Source of the DNA: Lama glama
Taxonomy: Eukaryota
Reading direction: 5' to 3'
Length of the DNA: 64,000 nt
Assembly (NCBI GenBank): GCA_028534125.1
Contig: CM052816.1
Span: 76,758,001 to 76,822,000 of the forward strand
Shown here: one piece after another, positions 1-12,985 of the stretch
Layout: each line of letters begins with the position of its first letter
How positions within the stretch are numbered: the stretch's first letter is position 1
Made by a program: the position numbers and the translations under genes
Notes under the pieces: model-generated
What the model was told of the DNA's origin: nothing
What the model saw: the letters and a program-made list of their open reading frames with translations, nothing else
Databases searched by the model: none

Positions 1-1380
1 CTCACAAGTCCATAGATACAGGGATGGGTGAAAAATTGGAGCCAAAATTTTAATCTAGGAAAAGATATTTAAGAAAATAAACTAGATATATAGTGTTTCT
101 TTTTCCCTCTCTTTCTTATTCATGTGACTAGGTCTAATTTTTGGCCCTTTATTAGAACTTTAGGGCCATAGCATTTTTGATGAAAGATATTTTTGGTAAG
201 GCAAGAAGAAGTTCATTTTAACTATACAGTCAACCTTGAGGAAGACAGTCCTGAAGCAGTTCCTTAACTTGCCTTTCGTTAAAGTTGAGCTATAATGTTC
301 ATCTCCTTCGTAGATTCAAAGTTCGTTAAGAGTGTGCTGTTTATATAAAGAGCTTGTTTTTAATGAACTCACTGGAAATAGGATACCCTTCCAGTTATTT
401 TTCTTGCGTTAGCGATGGGTTTGCAGTAAGCCATCCACACCCTTTGACAAATTGCTCTTGAAACCAACATCCGAATTGGTAATCCAGCCCATTGGAGTTA
501 GGGATGTGGTCCAGAGCAATTGAAGAGTTTATGCTTTTGTGCCAAGCTGAGTTATAGATGTGAGGAGCAAGCCTCTATTTTGGTCTCCCTGTCCTGGGGC
601 CATTTGTTCCAGACCCCATCTAGAAATGACTCTTCCTCTAATTAGTACTTCATAAAGAAGGAAATGCTTCTTGTTCATATTTTAGTTTTTGGCCTACAAA
701 TCAAAATTAACAATTTTTTTAGACTGAACAAGATTCCTATTTCTGAATTAAAGCTTGCCAAATAAAAATATTTTGCTGGGAGAAAAAAAGTAGAGCTTTT
801 TGAGAATGCCTTGCCGGATGATGACATTTTTGTGTTTCTCTCGGAAAGTGTAATAGGCATCAAATAAGCCTGGAGGGGATGAGGTTCTTGACACGTGATG
901 AGACAGCTGGAGAAAGAGGTTTGAGTTTGAAGAGAATGGGGAGAGAAAGAGCCCCAATGTTGCTTCATAGATTAAAAATTACGTGCCTACGTTCTACTGC
1001 TCCCCGAGATGCTCTGTTCCCAAATAATTTAAAGCGGTGGGATCACAGCGTTGGCTCTTAATCCACTGAGGGAGGTTAGCTCAGAGTTACAACAGCGGAG
1101 TCTGGCTCCAGGAGCCAGATGTTCTCTTGCTTCCTTTATTGCATTTTGTTCGTTGTGCCCTCAACGGTGCCCTTGTTGCCTAAAAGAGTTTATAAGAGCT
1201 TCCTAAGGTATACTTCCTGGCTGGGACACAGAGCTGGGGTGAACAGGCTCTCACATCTATTCCTGATTGCATCACTGAGCGCTGGGGACTTGAGCCAGTG
1301 CTCTCTTCCCCAGCGACAGATGGCTGCCTTGCATTGGCTCCTGGCATCTCCACAGCTGATGCTGCTCTGTCCATTCCTAG

Positions 1381-1519
1381 GGTCAACATCCTAGGGGTGG
1401 ATCCCCTCGGCACGCCTTTTGACAACAAGTACTACAACGGGCTGTGTGACCGAGTTCGGGATGGAAACACCCGGACGTACTACCGCAGACCCTGGAACGT
1501 GGCTTTGCTGGCCTATGAA
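1381..1519 (+). CDS. C9: Complement C9 coding exon (human exon 5 equivalent), MACPF N-terminal part
   Basis: Acceptor ccattcctag|g and donor gaa|gtaagt; 139 nt. Translates (G)[46 protein letters not shown], matching recalled human C9 [41 protein letters not shown]. Upstream exons lie outside the window. Confidence 0.97.
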
Positions 1520-1669
1520 GTAAGTCTCTTCAGAAAAAAACATGCTGTCCAGCTTTTAGCTGAAAAGTTGTTTCAATGAGTTTAACACTAAATATTGTGA
1601 AAAATTCAGTAGAATTAGAATTTAATGTGAACACAAGATTGACTTAAAGAAAAGGATACACAGCTGGGT

Positions 1670-1780
1670 CTCTTTAGAAAATATACAACAAAATATGAAG
1701 ACGAATATATGTGTGTGTATGCATGACTGGGACGTTGTGCTCTACACCAGAAATGGACACATTGTAACTGACGATATTTA
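1670..1780 (+). mobile_element. Short L1 3'-end fragment (camelid-like)
   Basis: gcatgactgggacgttgtgctctacaccagaaatggacacattgtaactgac matches the reverse complement of the L1 tail at 56880-56950. Confidence 0.7.
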
Positions 1781-3799
1781 GTGATAGAGTTTTGGCAAAT
1801 ACCTAGGCTCTGTAGAAAGAATCATCCAGGGTTCTGATGAAACTAAAATTAAATTAGTGCTGATTTAAGGACCGAGTACACTGCTTCCATGCTCAGTTTT
1901 TGCTAGTCTACCGATGAAAGCCCATCCTCACGTTTGTTCCCCTTCAGTAGCCCCCTTTGTAAAGCCTGCTTGACACGTGTTGGGTTATTAGCTGGTATTA
2001 GGTAATTAGTTGTTAGCTATTTTCACTCACCTCAAACCCTCCAGTTCTAGTGAAACTATTTCTTACAGTGATTTTCACTCCCCGAAATGCCACCTCAAAC
2101 CTACCACCTTTTTACAAGTCACCTAAATTCTCCAGAACTGTCCACAAACTGGAACCCCCTCCCCAGTCAAAGCATTAATACTTATCACCTTTACAGATAC
2201 TTTTTTTGGTCTAAAGAAGCTATAACAAAGAATAATATTTGGCTTATTCTGAATCTGGAGCTATAATAATCTGCTTCTTTGAATGGCCCCATTGGTGGCC
2301 TATAAAGTTCACTTAATTCCGTTATTAAGGTGTTTATTATTTTTGTCACTCCCATCAGCTTGAAAAACATACACACTTTTAAATAAGTGTACATAATATT
2401 CATTTTATTTCTGACAGTGTTGTAAGCCAGTCCCTCCCACCACAGCCTGAAGTGACCACGTTCTCCCATGAAGGCTAAGGATTTTCATGTCTGGACTATT
2501 TGCCTGGCATTTCTTTCTCGTACATGACCACACTGTCACATTGTCTGTACCTACAAGTCCAGAATGAAATCAGTTTCCCACAGTCATCAGGGAACATTTT
2601 GGTTTATTGATGCTTCTCATCATGTCAGGTTAAACTTCTTTAAGCACATTTTTTTGAGGGGGAGATTATCATCTTTCCGAGAAGTAGTAAAGATGGTCTA
2701 CTTTCTTTGAAAAAGCATACCCAAGATAAGGGAGCCTTTGTCATTGCTGATGCAAGAAGGGTTGTTGTTATGTGGGGTTATTTTGGTTTTAGTTCTCAGG
2801 TCTGAGTTGAACAGTTTTCCTGTCTTCATCACTGTCACCAACTAGGCTCTTAGCTTCGTAGGGTTTTTGGTAACTGATGTGACACAAGATGGTGAAGGCT
2901 GGGGGGTTGCCCGGGACTGATCTTGAAGCTATAGTTGCAGCGTAAGCACGTTGTTTTCCCTTATCTATGACCCTGGAAACAGAGGTTTCCACGTTCAGCA
3001 GGCTTGGGATTTTACAAAGGTGATGAGGTGCTTACCCCGCATATGTACTTAGACTCCGGGTAGAGTGGGGAGCAGCATCCCAGAATCAAACACATTAATA
3101 TATCTGTAGCCAAATTAACCCATGTTCACACAAAGTGGGAGAAGTGAAGACTGTAACATAACTTTTCATCAGTTCAGGTCAGATGAACACCTTCAAATGA
3201 GTTTTGGCATCAAGCTTACATAAAAAAGCCGATAGGGATTGTGGACCTGAGTACCCATTTGCCGCCAGCTGAGGAAGAGTGCAGGTGGCGTCGGCTGGGG
3301 GCTTGTCAGGTCCCCAGGTCACCCCCTTGGTGCTGCTGCTGCTGGCTCCTCTGCTTTTCATCTGTGATGGTCTCGGAAAAGGAACAGCTGAACGTGAATA
3401 GAGCACGAGCTCATGAGTGGGAATCTCTATTTTGACTTCTTAGAGAGGATTACTTGCACTTTCTAATACTTGATGGCATATTTTACCTACTTTTTTGTGT
3501 ATACTATTATTATAGTGCCTAAAGGCAAAGAATGCACAGTTTATATCTTTATAGCCTATTACCAATACCCAACTCAATATATGTGTAGGCTGGGTGCTCA
3601 ACCACTTCTTACTGGATGAATTATTTTTTTAAATCTTATTGTAGTTACTTATTGGCAATAATTTTCTATCTTTCTTTTTCTGAAAGAATTCTAGGGACCT
3701 ATCATTACATGGGGACTAATCCTTCCTGGTGATCTCACTCTGATATATTTTTACCCCCTCAGTGCATCTTGTCTCAAATGTGGCTGGAGCTCTAGATCA

Positions 3800-4000
3800 C
3801 AGTGCATGGTCGGGACCCCAGCTCTGCTTCTAGGCAGCAGTGAGATCTTGGGCAAATTATTTGTCCTCATCTTGCCTCCATTTCCTCATCTGTAAAACAG
3901 AAATAATAATATCTGCCTTATAAAGATAAATGAGTCTGAATATGTGAAACATTTGGAAAGTTACTGGCACATAGCAAACACTCAAAAATTATTTGCTAAC
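3800..4000 (+). mobile_element. MIR SINE
   Basis: MIR core ttgggcaaattattt...tttcctcatctgtaaaa...gcacatagcaaacactca. Confidence 0.7.
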
Positions 4001-4329
4001 ATTCTCTTCTTCAGAGTATAATTAGCAAAAGACTTAGCTATGGTTAAATGCATAATTAGCAGTTATGTTAGAGGTCAAGGTTTACTGGCTACTTTGTAAG
4101 TCAGAAGTAACAGCCAAGACCAACGGAAGCCTGCAATTATGGGGGGGAAAATGATGATTACATGTACAAATTAGTTCCTTTCCATTTGCTTTTCTTTAGT
4201 CCTCCTTACTTTTGTTGTTGAAAGTAACAATTTGTAAATCAGATTTCAGGTTTTCATTATAATTCCCTTTAAACCTGGATCTCCATGAGAATGTAAGATT
4301 TAGGTCAGCAAAGGTTTGTAAAATGCACC

Positions 4330-6685
4330 TGGATTATAAATCATCCCTTCCACCCCAAATCCTGCCAGAATCCTGAGTGACTTTTATATCATGTAGATTG
4401 CCAGTAATTTCTTCTTGCCTCTTAACTCCCTGTATCTGAGCCACTCACATTCTTAGCCACATCCTTAACCTTGTCTTCACCAGAACTTTGCTACCTCTGA
4501 AATCTGAAAATTGGGAAACACAACATTTAACCCTTTGCCTCATCGTAACTATCCAACTTCGCAGCCCTCACCCTCATCTGTGACCACTACCCTACTCTTG
4601 GACCCCATCTAGACCCAGTTTCTTGGCTATTTTCTTCCATGCTACCTTACTCCTTCTATGTTCAGTTTCTTCCTGTAATCAATCTCAGATCCATTTTGAC
4701 CACTCGATAATATATATTATCATTGTCCTTGCTTTCTATTCCTTCTGTAATCTAGAAACACTCCAACTTTGGATGAACCCTTTTATTTTTCTGCCCCACC
4801 TGTAAACTAATCCTGCTCAGCACTGTAGGGGAAATCATGCTAGTAAACAAAGAACAGGTGGCGTTATAACTTCAACCCAGTCCGCCACGCTGCTCAGTCA
4901 GTCCACACGCCTCCCCCGTCTGTGCTCCTCCCACTCCCCACGGGGGCAGATTTAAACTTTCAGCAACCTCTTCAAGCTCTTTATCTCACCTTTCAGTAGA
5001 TGGCAGGAGCTCCAATTAGACAGAATACCCAAGCCACAGACAAGAATTTTCCTGGTTTTTCAAAGTTATGCTTGTGTACAAACTTATTTGATGTTCAGTC
5101 TACTCTTAGATCCTCCTGTTCTGTCTCAGTAGAAGTGTATCTTTCTGCTTTGTACTCTGAATCTCACACCAAGTTCCTTGCTAGCTATTCTTCAAAGCCT
5201 GTAGGTCAATGTCTTTCCCTCTCATCTTCCATCCTGCTCTTAATATAAAAATATCTTCAAGGTTCTCATTTAACAAAACAAGAAAGACAAAAACATGAAA
5301 AGGAAACCCTCATCTCTACATATTCATCCCATCTACACTCACTGTCTTCATTTTTGTAGTTCCCGTTAATTCTCCAACAGTATTAGTTTGCTAGGGCTAT
5401 CATAACGAAGTACCACAGGCTGGATGTTTAAACAACAGAAATTGGAGTTCTGGAGGCTAGAAGTCTGAGATCAAGATGTCGGCAGGGTTGGTTTCTTTAG
5501 AGGCCCTTCTCCTTGATCTCCCTGTATCTGCACGTGGTCTCCCTCCATGCAGGTCTGATCCTAATCTCCTCTTACAAAGACACCAGTCATGCTGGATTAG
5601 AGCTCATTTTAACTTAATTACCTCTTTAAAGATTCTGTCTCCAAATACAATCACATTTTGAGATAATATGGAGAGCAAGTAAAAAGAAAAGGTACTTAGG
5701 AACTTCAACCCATGAATTTCAGGGGAACACAGTTCATCCCATAACACTAAACCTCTGTTATCTTGTTACTCAGACTGCTTTTATCAAAGTCCATCTTAAG
5801 TTTCTTCTGAGCTCCCTTCACTTAGGACAGCCCTTAAATATTGTTACCACAGTTCACACCTCGTTTCACTAATCTCTCTCTGCATATTCTCCTTGGGTAA
5901 TTTCATAGCCTCCTGTGACTTCAGTTTTCGCCTCTATCCTGATGGCTGACAAATACTGTACTTTCAGCCTATGTTTCTCTCTGAACGGGATACCTGTGTA
6001 GCTAGTTGTCTGCAGACTTCACCCAGTTAACATATCCAAAGTGTATATCCCATCTTATTCCCAATTTCCTGTCTCTTGCTCTTGAATTCTCTACTTGGTA
6101 AATGAAATAATATCTTCCTAATCATCAAACTCAAAATCTGGAAGTCTTCCTACAGACCTCCTCCACAGACACATCTCCCTCGAAGCCCACAACATCCAAT
6201 CCATCTTCAAGATCCATCGATTTATGTCTCTTAAATCTGTCTCTTCTTTTCCATTCCCACTGCCATGCCCACTGTCTTAGATCCCCATCATTTCCCATCT
6301 GGTTACTATGATAGTCCTCCTATGAGTCTGAGACCTCTAGTTTTTGCTCAGTTTCAGTTCATTCCATACATTTCAATGTAAAGATTAATGATAAATCTGA
6401 TCTTATCACTCTGCTGCTGAAATTTGGTGATAACAATCTCTTTGGCAGGGAGAAAAAGGTCATTCTTGCTCTGGCTTCTGATTGGCCACTGCACCCTCGG
6501 CTTTCTCCTCTGATTCCTCCATTTTGGTTAGATGTCTCTCCTGCAAAGTAATGCAATACCCTTTGCTTTCCTCTCTGTTCTGGCATTTCTTTTGCTGTGT
6601 CATATATACCCATGGTTGAGCTTCTAGTCATTTTATTTGTATACCACTCTGAATAAATGGTTACTGAATTAATAAATAAATGCAT
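4330..6685 (+). mobile_element. Degenerate L2 LINE fragments interrupted by an MLT LTR
   Basis: Pyrimidine-rich L2-like text (e.g. ataaatctgatcttatcactct) ending in an L2-type tail tgaattaataaataaatg. Boundaries approximate. Confidence 0.5.
5379..5746 (-). mobile_element. MLT1 (ERVL-MaLR) solo LTR
   Basis: gtattagtttgctagggct...accacaggctgg...aaacaacagaaatt...ctggaggctagaagtctgagatcaag...cccataaca. Confidence 0.85.
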
Positions 6686-7289
6686 GCAATATAGTGACTC
6701 TTTTTCTTTAAAAAGCGAATGCTTTCTTTTAATGAAGGGAAGAACTCATACTCAAGTAAACATATAATTGGAACTGCCATTAAAGTTGACAGAAACTGAA
6801 AACAGCTTGAGCCCATTTAGAAAGCCTGGCAGTGCACAGATAAAATTGTTTCTGTCCATGCTGGCTTATTTGCTTTATACAGATGTCCCTGAGGAACATA
6901 TAAGACTGCCTATAGCAACTGCTACCGTGGCAGGAACTACGATCTACAATAGACTCATATGGGTTCAAATTTGGAGTCATAGGTAGGGGTCAAATTACGA
7001 AGGTGCTCATATGCTATGTTAAGTAACTTGGGCATAATCCTGAGCTTGATAAACTGGGAGCCATTGAAGAGATCAATGTGATCAGAGCCTCATTTTAAAT
7101 CTTTGGGGTTTGTGAAGATGAATTTTAAGGGAACAGCAGCAGAGATAATAACAGAAGGAGGCTATTTTATGGTCCAAGGAGATAATGAAAAACTGAAGTG
7201 GGTCTATAATAGTAAAGGTTAAGAGGAAGAGATAAAATCCAGCTCAGTTTTAAGAACTAAGAACTCGGTAATGACCTGGAGACAGTAGA

Positions 7290-7520
7290 GTATATGGTCA
7301 ATTGCCCAGTTCTAAATTAAGACTCCCTGGGTTTGAATTCTGATAAGTTTCTTCGCTTATCTTCCATGCGATTCAGGCAACTTATTTATCTTTCCTGAAT
7401 CTCGGTTTCTTATCATGAAGTGGGATAATAATAGTATATACTTTGCAGGAATTTGGAAAGGTTAAATGTGTTAATAAGTGCAAAGTGCTTAGAACAGTGT
7501 CTAGCATAAAGTAAACTCAC
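7290..7520 (+). mobile_element. MIR SINE
   Basis: cctgggtttgaattctg...gggataataatagta...aaagtgcttagaacagtgtctagcata. Confidence 0.7.
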
Positions 7521-8794
7521 CATAGATGAAAAACATTGGAGACAAAAAAGTCCAAGGAGACCGCCAGTGGATAAGAGTTAATTCCAAGAAGATAATGACT
7601 GACATGTAGATGGAGTCATCTTGCCAAGAGTAGAATCACATGAATGTGAGGGTGGAGTATGAACTGGAGGCAAAGGTGTAGATATCAGCAGCATACAGAG
7701 GTTCACTGAAGTCTTGAGAGTGCTTGAGGTCATCCAGGAAGTGTGCAATGAGAGAGAGAAGAACACAGAGAATGAAGTCCACGCTAGCCCTGAAGATCTA
7801 GGCAGAGAAGATGATCTCTTGGAGGTGTCTTTAACAGTTTTCTCTCTTTACCTTTTCTTTTCACTTACTCTCCAAGCTTCCTCAATTTGAATTCTGGAAT
7901 GTTTATTGAGGTGCTCTATCTCTTCTACCCCCAGGACCAGAAGTAATGTTTATTTATTTTCAAGAAACATCTGCTGATGAGTCTTTAAACAGGATAGATT
8001 AACTAAACCCTATAATATGCCTGGCTTTCTGGAACATGCAAGGACCCTTGCCTTTCTCTGATTTCAGCTTCTCCAACATCTATTTATTTGGTTCTCATAC
8101 AGAAACTTGTTTCCATCCTTGAATCTTCCTGCTTCCTATAAGCTTGTCTCTGGTCTCTCTTCCAAGACTTGCTCTTTCCTGCATAATGATTCCACACATT
8201 GGTCCATCTCTGAATGCCTATAAAGTGAGCTCAGACTTCTTTTGGATGGCTAGACTATTGGCTTTTCAATCCAGCTTTTGTCTCTATGGTTTCTAGGGTG
8301 GCCCCTCCTTCACTGTTTTAGATTTTTCAGACTCTACTCACTACTCCCATCCTAGTATAGTGGAACAGGACCATTCAACAACATCCTAATTGATACCCCA
8401 ACCAATATTCCTTACACCTGCCAACAATCCTCCACATTGCTAAGCTGCTCTCTGCCCAATGCCAGTTCCTTTATAGACATTTCAGGTGTAAGTGTGAGAG
8501 CCTACAAATTATGCCACCCCTATCCTGCAACCAGTTAGAAGACAATGAGCTAGGAAAACCTTAGCCTACAAGAAGAGATAGGAAAAAGTGGTTTCCTGGT
8601 GCCATTCTGCTGAGCTTGGGCCCCTCTCAGCATTAAAGACTAAGTGGAATTGTTTTCAGTTGCTTCCACTAACCTTAGATTTCAAGGCAATAGAAATTCT
8701 ATTCATTTTTTAAGACCATGTTCAAGGCAACCTTTTCCAAGAATCCTTTTTTGATTTTACTTGTCGGAATTTGTCAAGCCCTCTTTGACTGGGT

Positions 8795-9040
8795 AGCCTG
8801 AGTATGAATAACCTGGCCCGAGAAGCAGACCTACTGGATTTCATTGCTGCCTGGGCAACTTCCTAGCTGTGTGGCCTTGGACAAATTTTTTAACCTGGAT
8901 ATTTTCTTACCTGTAAAAATGGGGATAATTATAAAAATTACCTTAAAGGCAGGAAGTTAAAAATTTATTCTACATAAAATGCTTTTAACAGCTGCTGGCA
9001 CAGAGTAAACACTCAATACGTATTTGTCATTATTATTAGC
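8795..9040 (+). mobile_element. MIR SINE
   Basis: ctagctgtgtggccttggacaa...ctgtaaaaatggggataat...ggcacagagtaaacactcaata. Confidence 0.75.
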
Positions 9041-9729
9041 TATATTAAGTTGTTAGCACATTAAATTTAATAAATTTGTATTATCAGCTACTTTGTACCA
9101 ATCACTTTACTAAGTGATGAGGCTATAGTGGCACCTGGGTAAGACGGATGTGGTCACTGATTTCTTGGAGTTTACCACCTGAAGTTCCATTAAATAAGCA
9201 ATTATAAAAGGGAAGATTTTTCATTTTGTTTTATTTTAAAAGAAGAGCCATGAGACATTTATAGGAAACAGATTTGTCAGTCTGTGGGATCAGGAAAGTC
9301 CTCCCTAAAGAAGTGATGTTTAAACTGAGACTTGAAATAGGAGTAGAGATTAACCAAGCCAAGGGGTATGCAGTATGTACATACAAGTGTGCCTAATGTT
9401 TGTGTTATAGGAGGATTTGGGGGTGGGGGTGGGGTAAAGAACATTCCAGAAAGTAAAAGCAGCAGAAAAGAGCCCTGCGGCAGGAAGAAGCATAGGCTCC
9501 GGAAACAGAAAGGAGACGAGAGGGCAGGAGTACAGTCAGGGGGAGAGTAACTTGGAATCAGCCTAGCTTAGATTTTATCTTAAAGACAGGGGGAAGGCTT
9601 TGAAAGGTTTTCAGCAGGGAAGTGACGTGGTCAGGCTGCTCTTCCCTTCATATTGAGCGCTTTTCCCCAGCCTGCCTTTCTTTAAAGAAAATTATGTACA
9701 TTTTAGTCTTTCCCATTAACTGATAACTT

Positions 9730-10211
9730 TTGGTTTCTTGGGCTGCTGTAACAAAATACCAGAGACCAGGTAGCTTAGAAACAACAGAAGTGTTTCACTC
9801 ACAGCTCAGGAGGCTGGAAGTCTGAGCTCAGGGCACCAGTGTGGCCTGAGTCACAGACTTCTCAGTGTGTTCTCACCGGGTTGCCAGGGGCTAGGGAGCT
9901 CCATGGGGGCACTTTTATACAAGCATGAATCCCTTTAACGACAGCTCCTCCCAAAGGCCCTAAAACTGCCACATTGGGCATTAGGATTTTCACATATGGG
10001 TTTTGGGAGAGACATAAACATTAAAAAAAAAATTTTTTTTTACTTTATTTTTAAAATTTGGGGGGAGGGGGAATAATTAGGGGTTTCATTTATTTATTTA
10101 TTTTACTGGAGGTACTGGGGATTGAACCCAGGATCTCATGCATGCTAAGCACACGCTCTACCCCTGAAATCCACCCTCCCCACATCAGGCATAAACACGT
10201 AGACCATAGCA
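9730..10211 (-). mobile_element. MLT1 LTR interrupted near one end by a young SINE
   Basis: gggctgctgtaacaaaatacc...ggaggctggaagtctgag...cataaaca[SINE]cataaacacgtagaccatagca. Confidence 0.8.
10021..10185 (-). mobile_element. tRNA-derived SINE (camelid-type)
   Basis: The reverse complement reads gggagggtggatttcaggggtagagcgtgtgcttagcatgcatgagatcctgggttcaatccccagtacctcc plus an A-rich tail. Flanked by the cataaaca duplication (10013, 10190). Confidence 0.9.
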
Positions 10212-10869
10212 TTCCTCTGCAGAACAGTCACCCAATGTGTGCTACTGAATCCAGTCTGTGCCCCTGGCTGAAGAGATGGGTGTCTCTTCCCCGGACAAGA
10301 GTTGCAGCCTGTTTCAGGGGAATCCCTGGAAAGAGAGCTTGACTGTTGAGATGAAGCCCTCTCACTGATGCCTGACAGTAGCCAAGGTGGCAAAGAATAT
10401 TTCTATTGAAAGTTTTAACTTGTAACTAGGTTGTTGAGTTGTTGAGTTCAAGTGTTTTTTTCATGCAAAAATGAATGTGATTTTAAAAAAAAATTGAAAA
10501 GTCCAAATAACACAAAAGATTATGCAAGGAAAAGTAAGCCTGCTTCCACTCCAGACACCCATTTATTCACAGCTCCCCTTCTAGGGCAAAAACTCTCTGT
10601 GGTTTGTCTATTTTTCCTGTAATTTTCTGTGCATGTAAAAGCATTTTTTTTTAAATAGGCAGTAAACTAAAAAAGGTTCAGGTCTTTCTACTTAAATTAA
10701 TTAACGTGTAAGATACTCAAAACAGTGCCTGGCCCATAAGGCTTCAGGAAAGATTAGCTTTATCATTTCTTTCTTTCTTTTTTTTTCTTTACATAGATGA
10801 GTATATTGTGTATCTGCTATGCAACTTGCTTTTTAATTATTATTATATTAACTTTTGAAAGCTTGCTAC

Positions 10870-11065
10870 GTACCTAGCCCTTCAAATGCATTATGTCATT
10901 GAATGTGCGTAACAACCTTTGGGCTCAGTGAGGTGAGACGCCCTATTTTACAGACAAGGAATCAGACTGAGCACAGAGAGGTTATCATGTAATGTCCTCA
11001 AAGTCACCGAATCTGCATTTGAACCCCAGCAGTCTCACTTCAGTGCCTTCACTCTTAACTCATTT
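10870..11065 (-). mobile_element. MIR SINE
   Basis: cctattttacagacaaggaatcagactgagcacagagaggtta...atttgaacccc. Confidence 0.7.
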
Positions 11066-11173
11066 ACTTTACTCCCTTTCAAATAATTGCCTGATTTTTG
11101 TTCTTTTCTGCTTTTCTGGGGTGCATCTTTTTTGTATGTTGTTTTCAAAAGCACTTTTTTTATTCTCTTTTAG

Positions 11174-11443
11174 ACCAAAGCTGACAAAAATTTCAAATCT
11201 AAATATTATGAAGGACAGATTCAAGTATTCAAAAGTATCATCCAAGAGACGAAATCAAATTTTAATGCAGATTTAACCATAAAATACACTCCTTTTAAAG
11301 CACATGTACCAACTGAAAAACAAGATCCAGAAGCTTCTAACAAAGAAAACCCCCAAAATCCTTCAAGCGCCAAGATTGACTTCCGGTTTACATATTCTAA
11401 AACCAGAACTTACCAACTGTTGTTGTCATATTCTTCTAAGCAG
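11174..11443 (+). CDS. C9: C9 coding exon (exon 6 equivalent), includes TMH1 region
   Basis: Acceptor ttctcttttag|acc and donor cag|gtaaga; 270 nt, phase 0-0. Translates TKADKNFKSKYYEGQIQVFKSIIQETKSNFNADLTIKYTPFKAHVPTEKQDPEASNKENPQNPSSAKIDFRFTYSKTRTYQLLLSYSSKQ. The ORF track shows only another frame here. Confidence 0.95.
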
Positions 11444-11911
11444 GTAAGACCAAACACTTAATGTGGAGAAAATAATGGGAAATTTTTCAAACTAACCAAA
11501 CCTTCTCTTTTAAGTTTAATTGTTTAGAGCAGAGAGAGCTCATAAGAGAGAGGAAAAAATAATACTCAGCAAATCCTCAGATGTGTAGCTGGAAGGTCAG
11601 GAAGAAGAATGCTGCCTGGAGAAAAATCCCAGGGGAACTTTAATAATAATAGTAAGTGGGTGAGATGTTCGGTGGTTGTGAAGATGAGTCTGGAATTTGA
11701 GAAAGAAGTCTGGGCTTGAGCTATAAGTTTGAGAGTTGTTAATATATGAATAGTGCTTAAACTCATAGGCTTTGGTGAGACTCTAACAGAATTAGTGTAG
11801 CTAGAAAAGAGAAGATCAGAGACTTAAACTCAAGGAACTTCAAGAGAAAGAGGTCTGGGGAAAGAGGAGCAAAGGAAAGCAAGATGTGGTCAGCGTGACG
11901 CCGTAGGAACT

Positions 11912-12060
11912 CGCTACTCAAAGTGTGGTCCATGGTCTGGCGACAACAGCACCACTGGGAAGCTAGAACCTCAGACCCTAACCCAGACCTACTGAACCAG
12001 ATTCACATTGTAACAATATTCTCTGGGTGATTTGTTCACACTTTCAATTTGAGAACACTT
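11912..12060. mobile_element. MER5A-like hAT-Charlie DNA transposon relic
   Basis: ctactcaaagtgtggtcc...cccagacctactgaa...tttgagaacact. Confidence 0.75.
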
Positions 12061-12199
12061 ACCCTGGATGACCCCCCCCCCCAAAAAAACCCTCAAAAAA
12101 CTCTATCAGAGAAAAAAGTGATGGACTGTGTCAAATGTGCTAATATATTAAAGAAGATAAGGACTAAGAAGCCACCACTGGCTTTACCAATAAGAAGAT

Positions 12200-12645
12200 C
12201 ATTCAATCACACAGTATATACTCTTTTGTGTCTGACTTTTTCGCTCAGCAAAGTATTTTTGAGACTTATGTATGTTGTTGCCTCTATCGGTGGTACTCCT
12301 CTGGGTGAATGACTATAATTCATTGTATTAATTCCCCTGTTGGTGGACATATTGTCATTTTCAATTTTAAGCTATTCTGACTGAAGCTGCCAAAAAAGTC
12401 TTGCGCAGGTCTTTTTGTGGACTATTTTTTTCATTGATCTTAGGTAAACATGTAGAAGGGGAGATGCTGGCCACGGGTTTACTTGTATAAGAAACTGCCA
12501 AACAGTTCTCCAAAGTGGTTATACCATGTTGCCCTCCCACCAGCAGTGTGTAAGAGTTCCAGTTTCTGCACATCTTCATCAATTGCATTGATAGTATTTA
12601 AAGTTTGCCATTCGAGTGAGTTCAGGAAATATCTTGTGGCCACTG
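12200..12645 (-). mobile_element. Old L1 (L1M) fragment
   Basis: aagaaactgccaaacagttctccaaagtggttatacc...ctcccaccagcagtgtgtaagagttcc. The minus-strand ORF has L1 ORF2 C-terminal-like text (YTLLVGG...TTLENCLA). Confidence 0.75.
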
Positions 12646-12744
12646 CTATAAAGTGTTTTGCCTATGGAAATTCTAAATTTTGTGATTTTTTAATTCAAAG
12701 TCATGGTGATAAAACTATTTCTTTTCTTTTGCTCTATAACAAAG

Positions 12745-12985
12745 GAAAAAGTATTCCTGCACGTAAGAGGAGAAATTCAGCTGGGAAGATTCGTGATGCG
12801 AAATCGGGGTGTCGTGCTGACAACAGCTTTCTTGGATTCTGTGAAAGATCTGCCAACTACCTATGAAAAGGGGGAATATTTTGCATTTTTGGAAACTTAC
12901 GGAACCCACTACAGTAAATCGGGTTCTCTAGGAGGAATTTACGAACTAATATATGTTTTGAATAAAGCTTCCATGAATCAGAAAG
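12745..12985 (+). CDS. C9: C9 coding exon (exon 7 equivalent) with MACPF signature
   Basis: Acceptor aacaaag|gaa and donor aaag|gtatac; 241 nt. Translates [80 protein letters not shown], containing the YGTHY-x5-LGG MACPF motif. Confidence 0.97.

Noticed and set aside
10992..11276. 94-aa ORF overlapping C9 exon 6
   Set aside because: Wrong frame and partly MIR-derived; the C9 frame starts at 11174.
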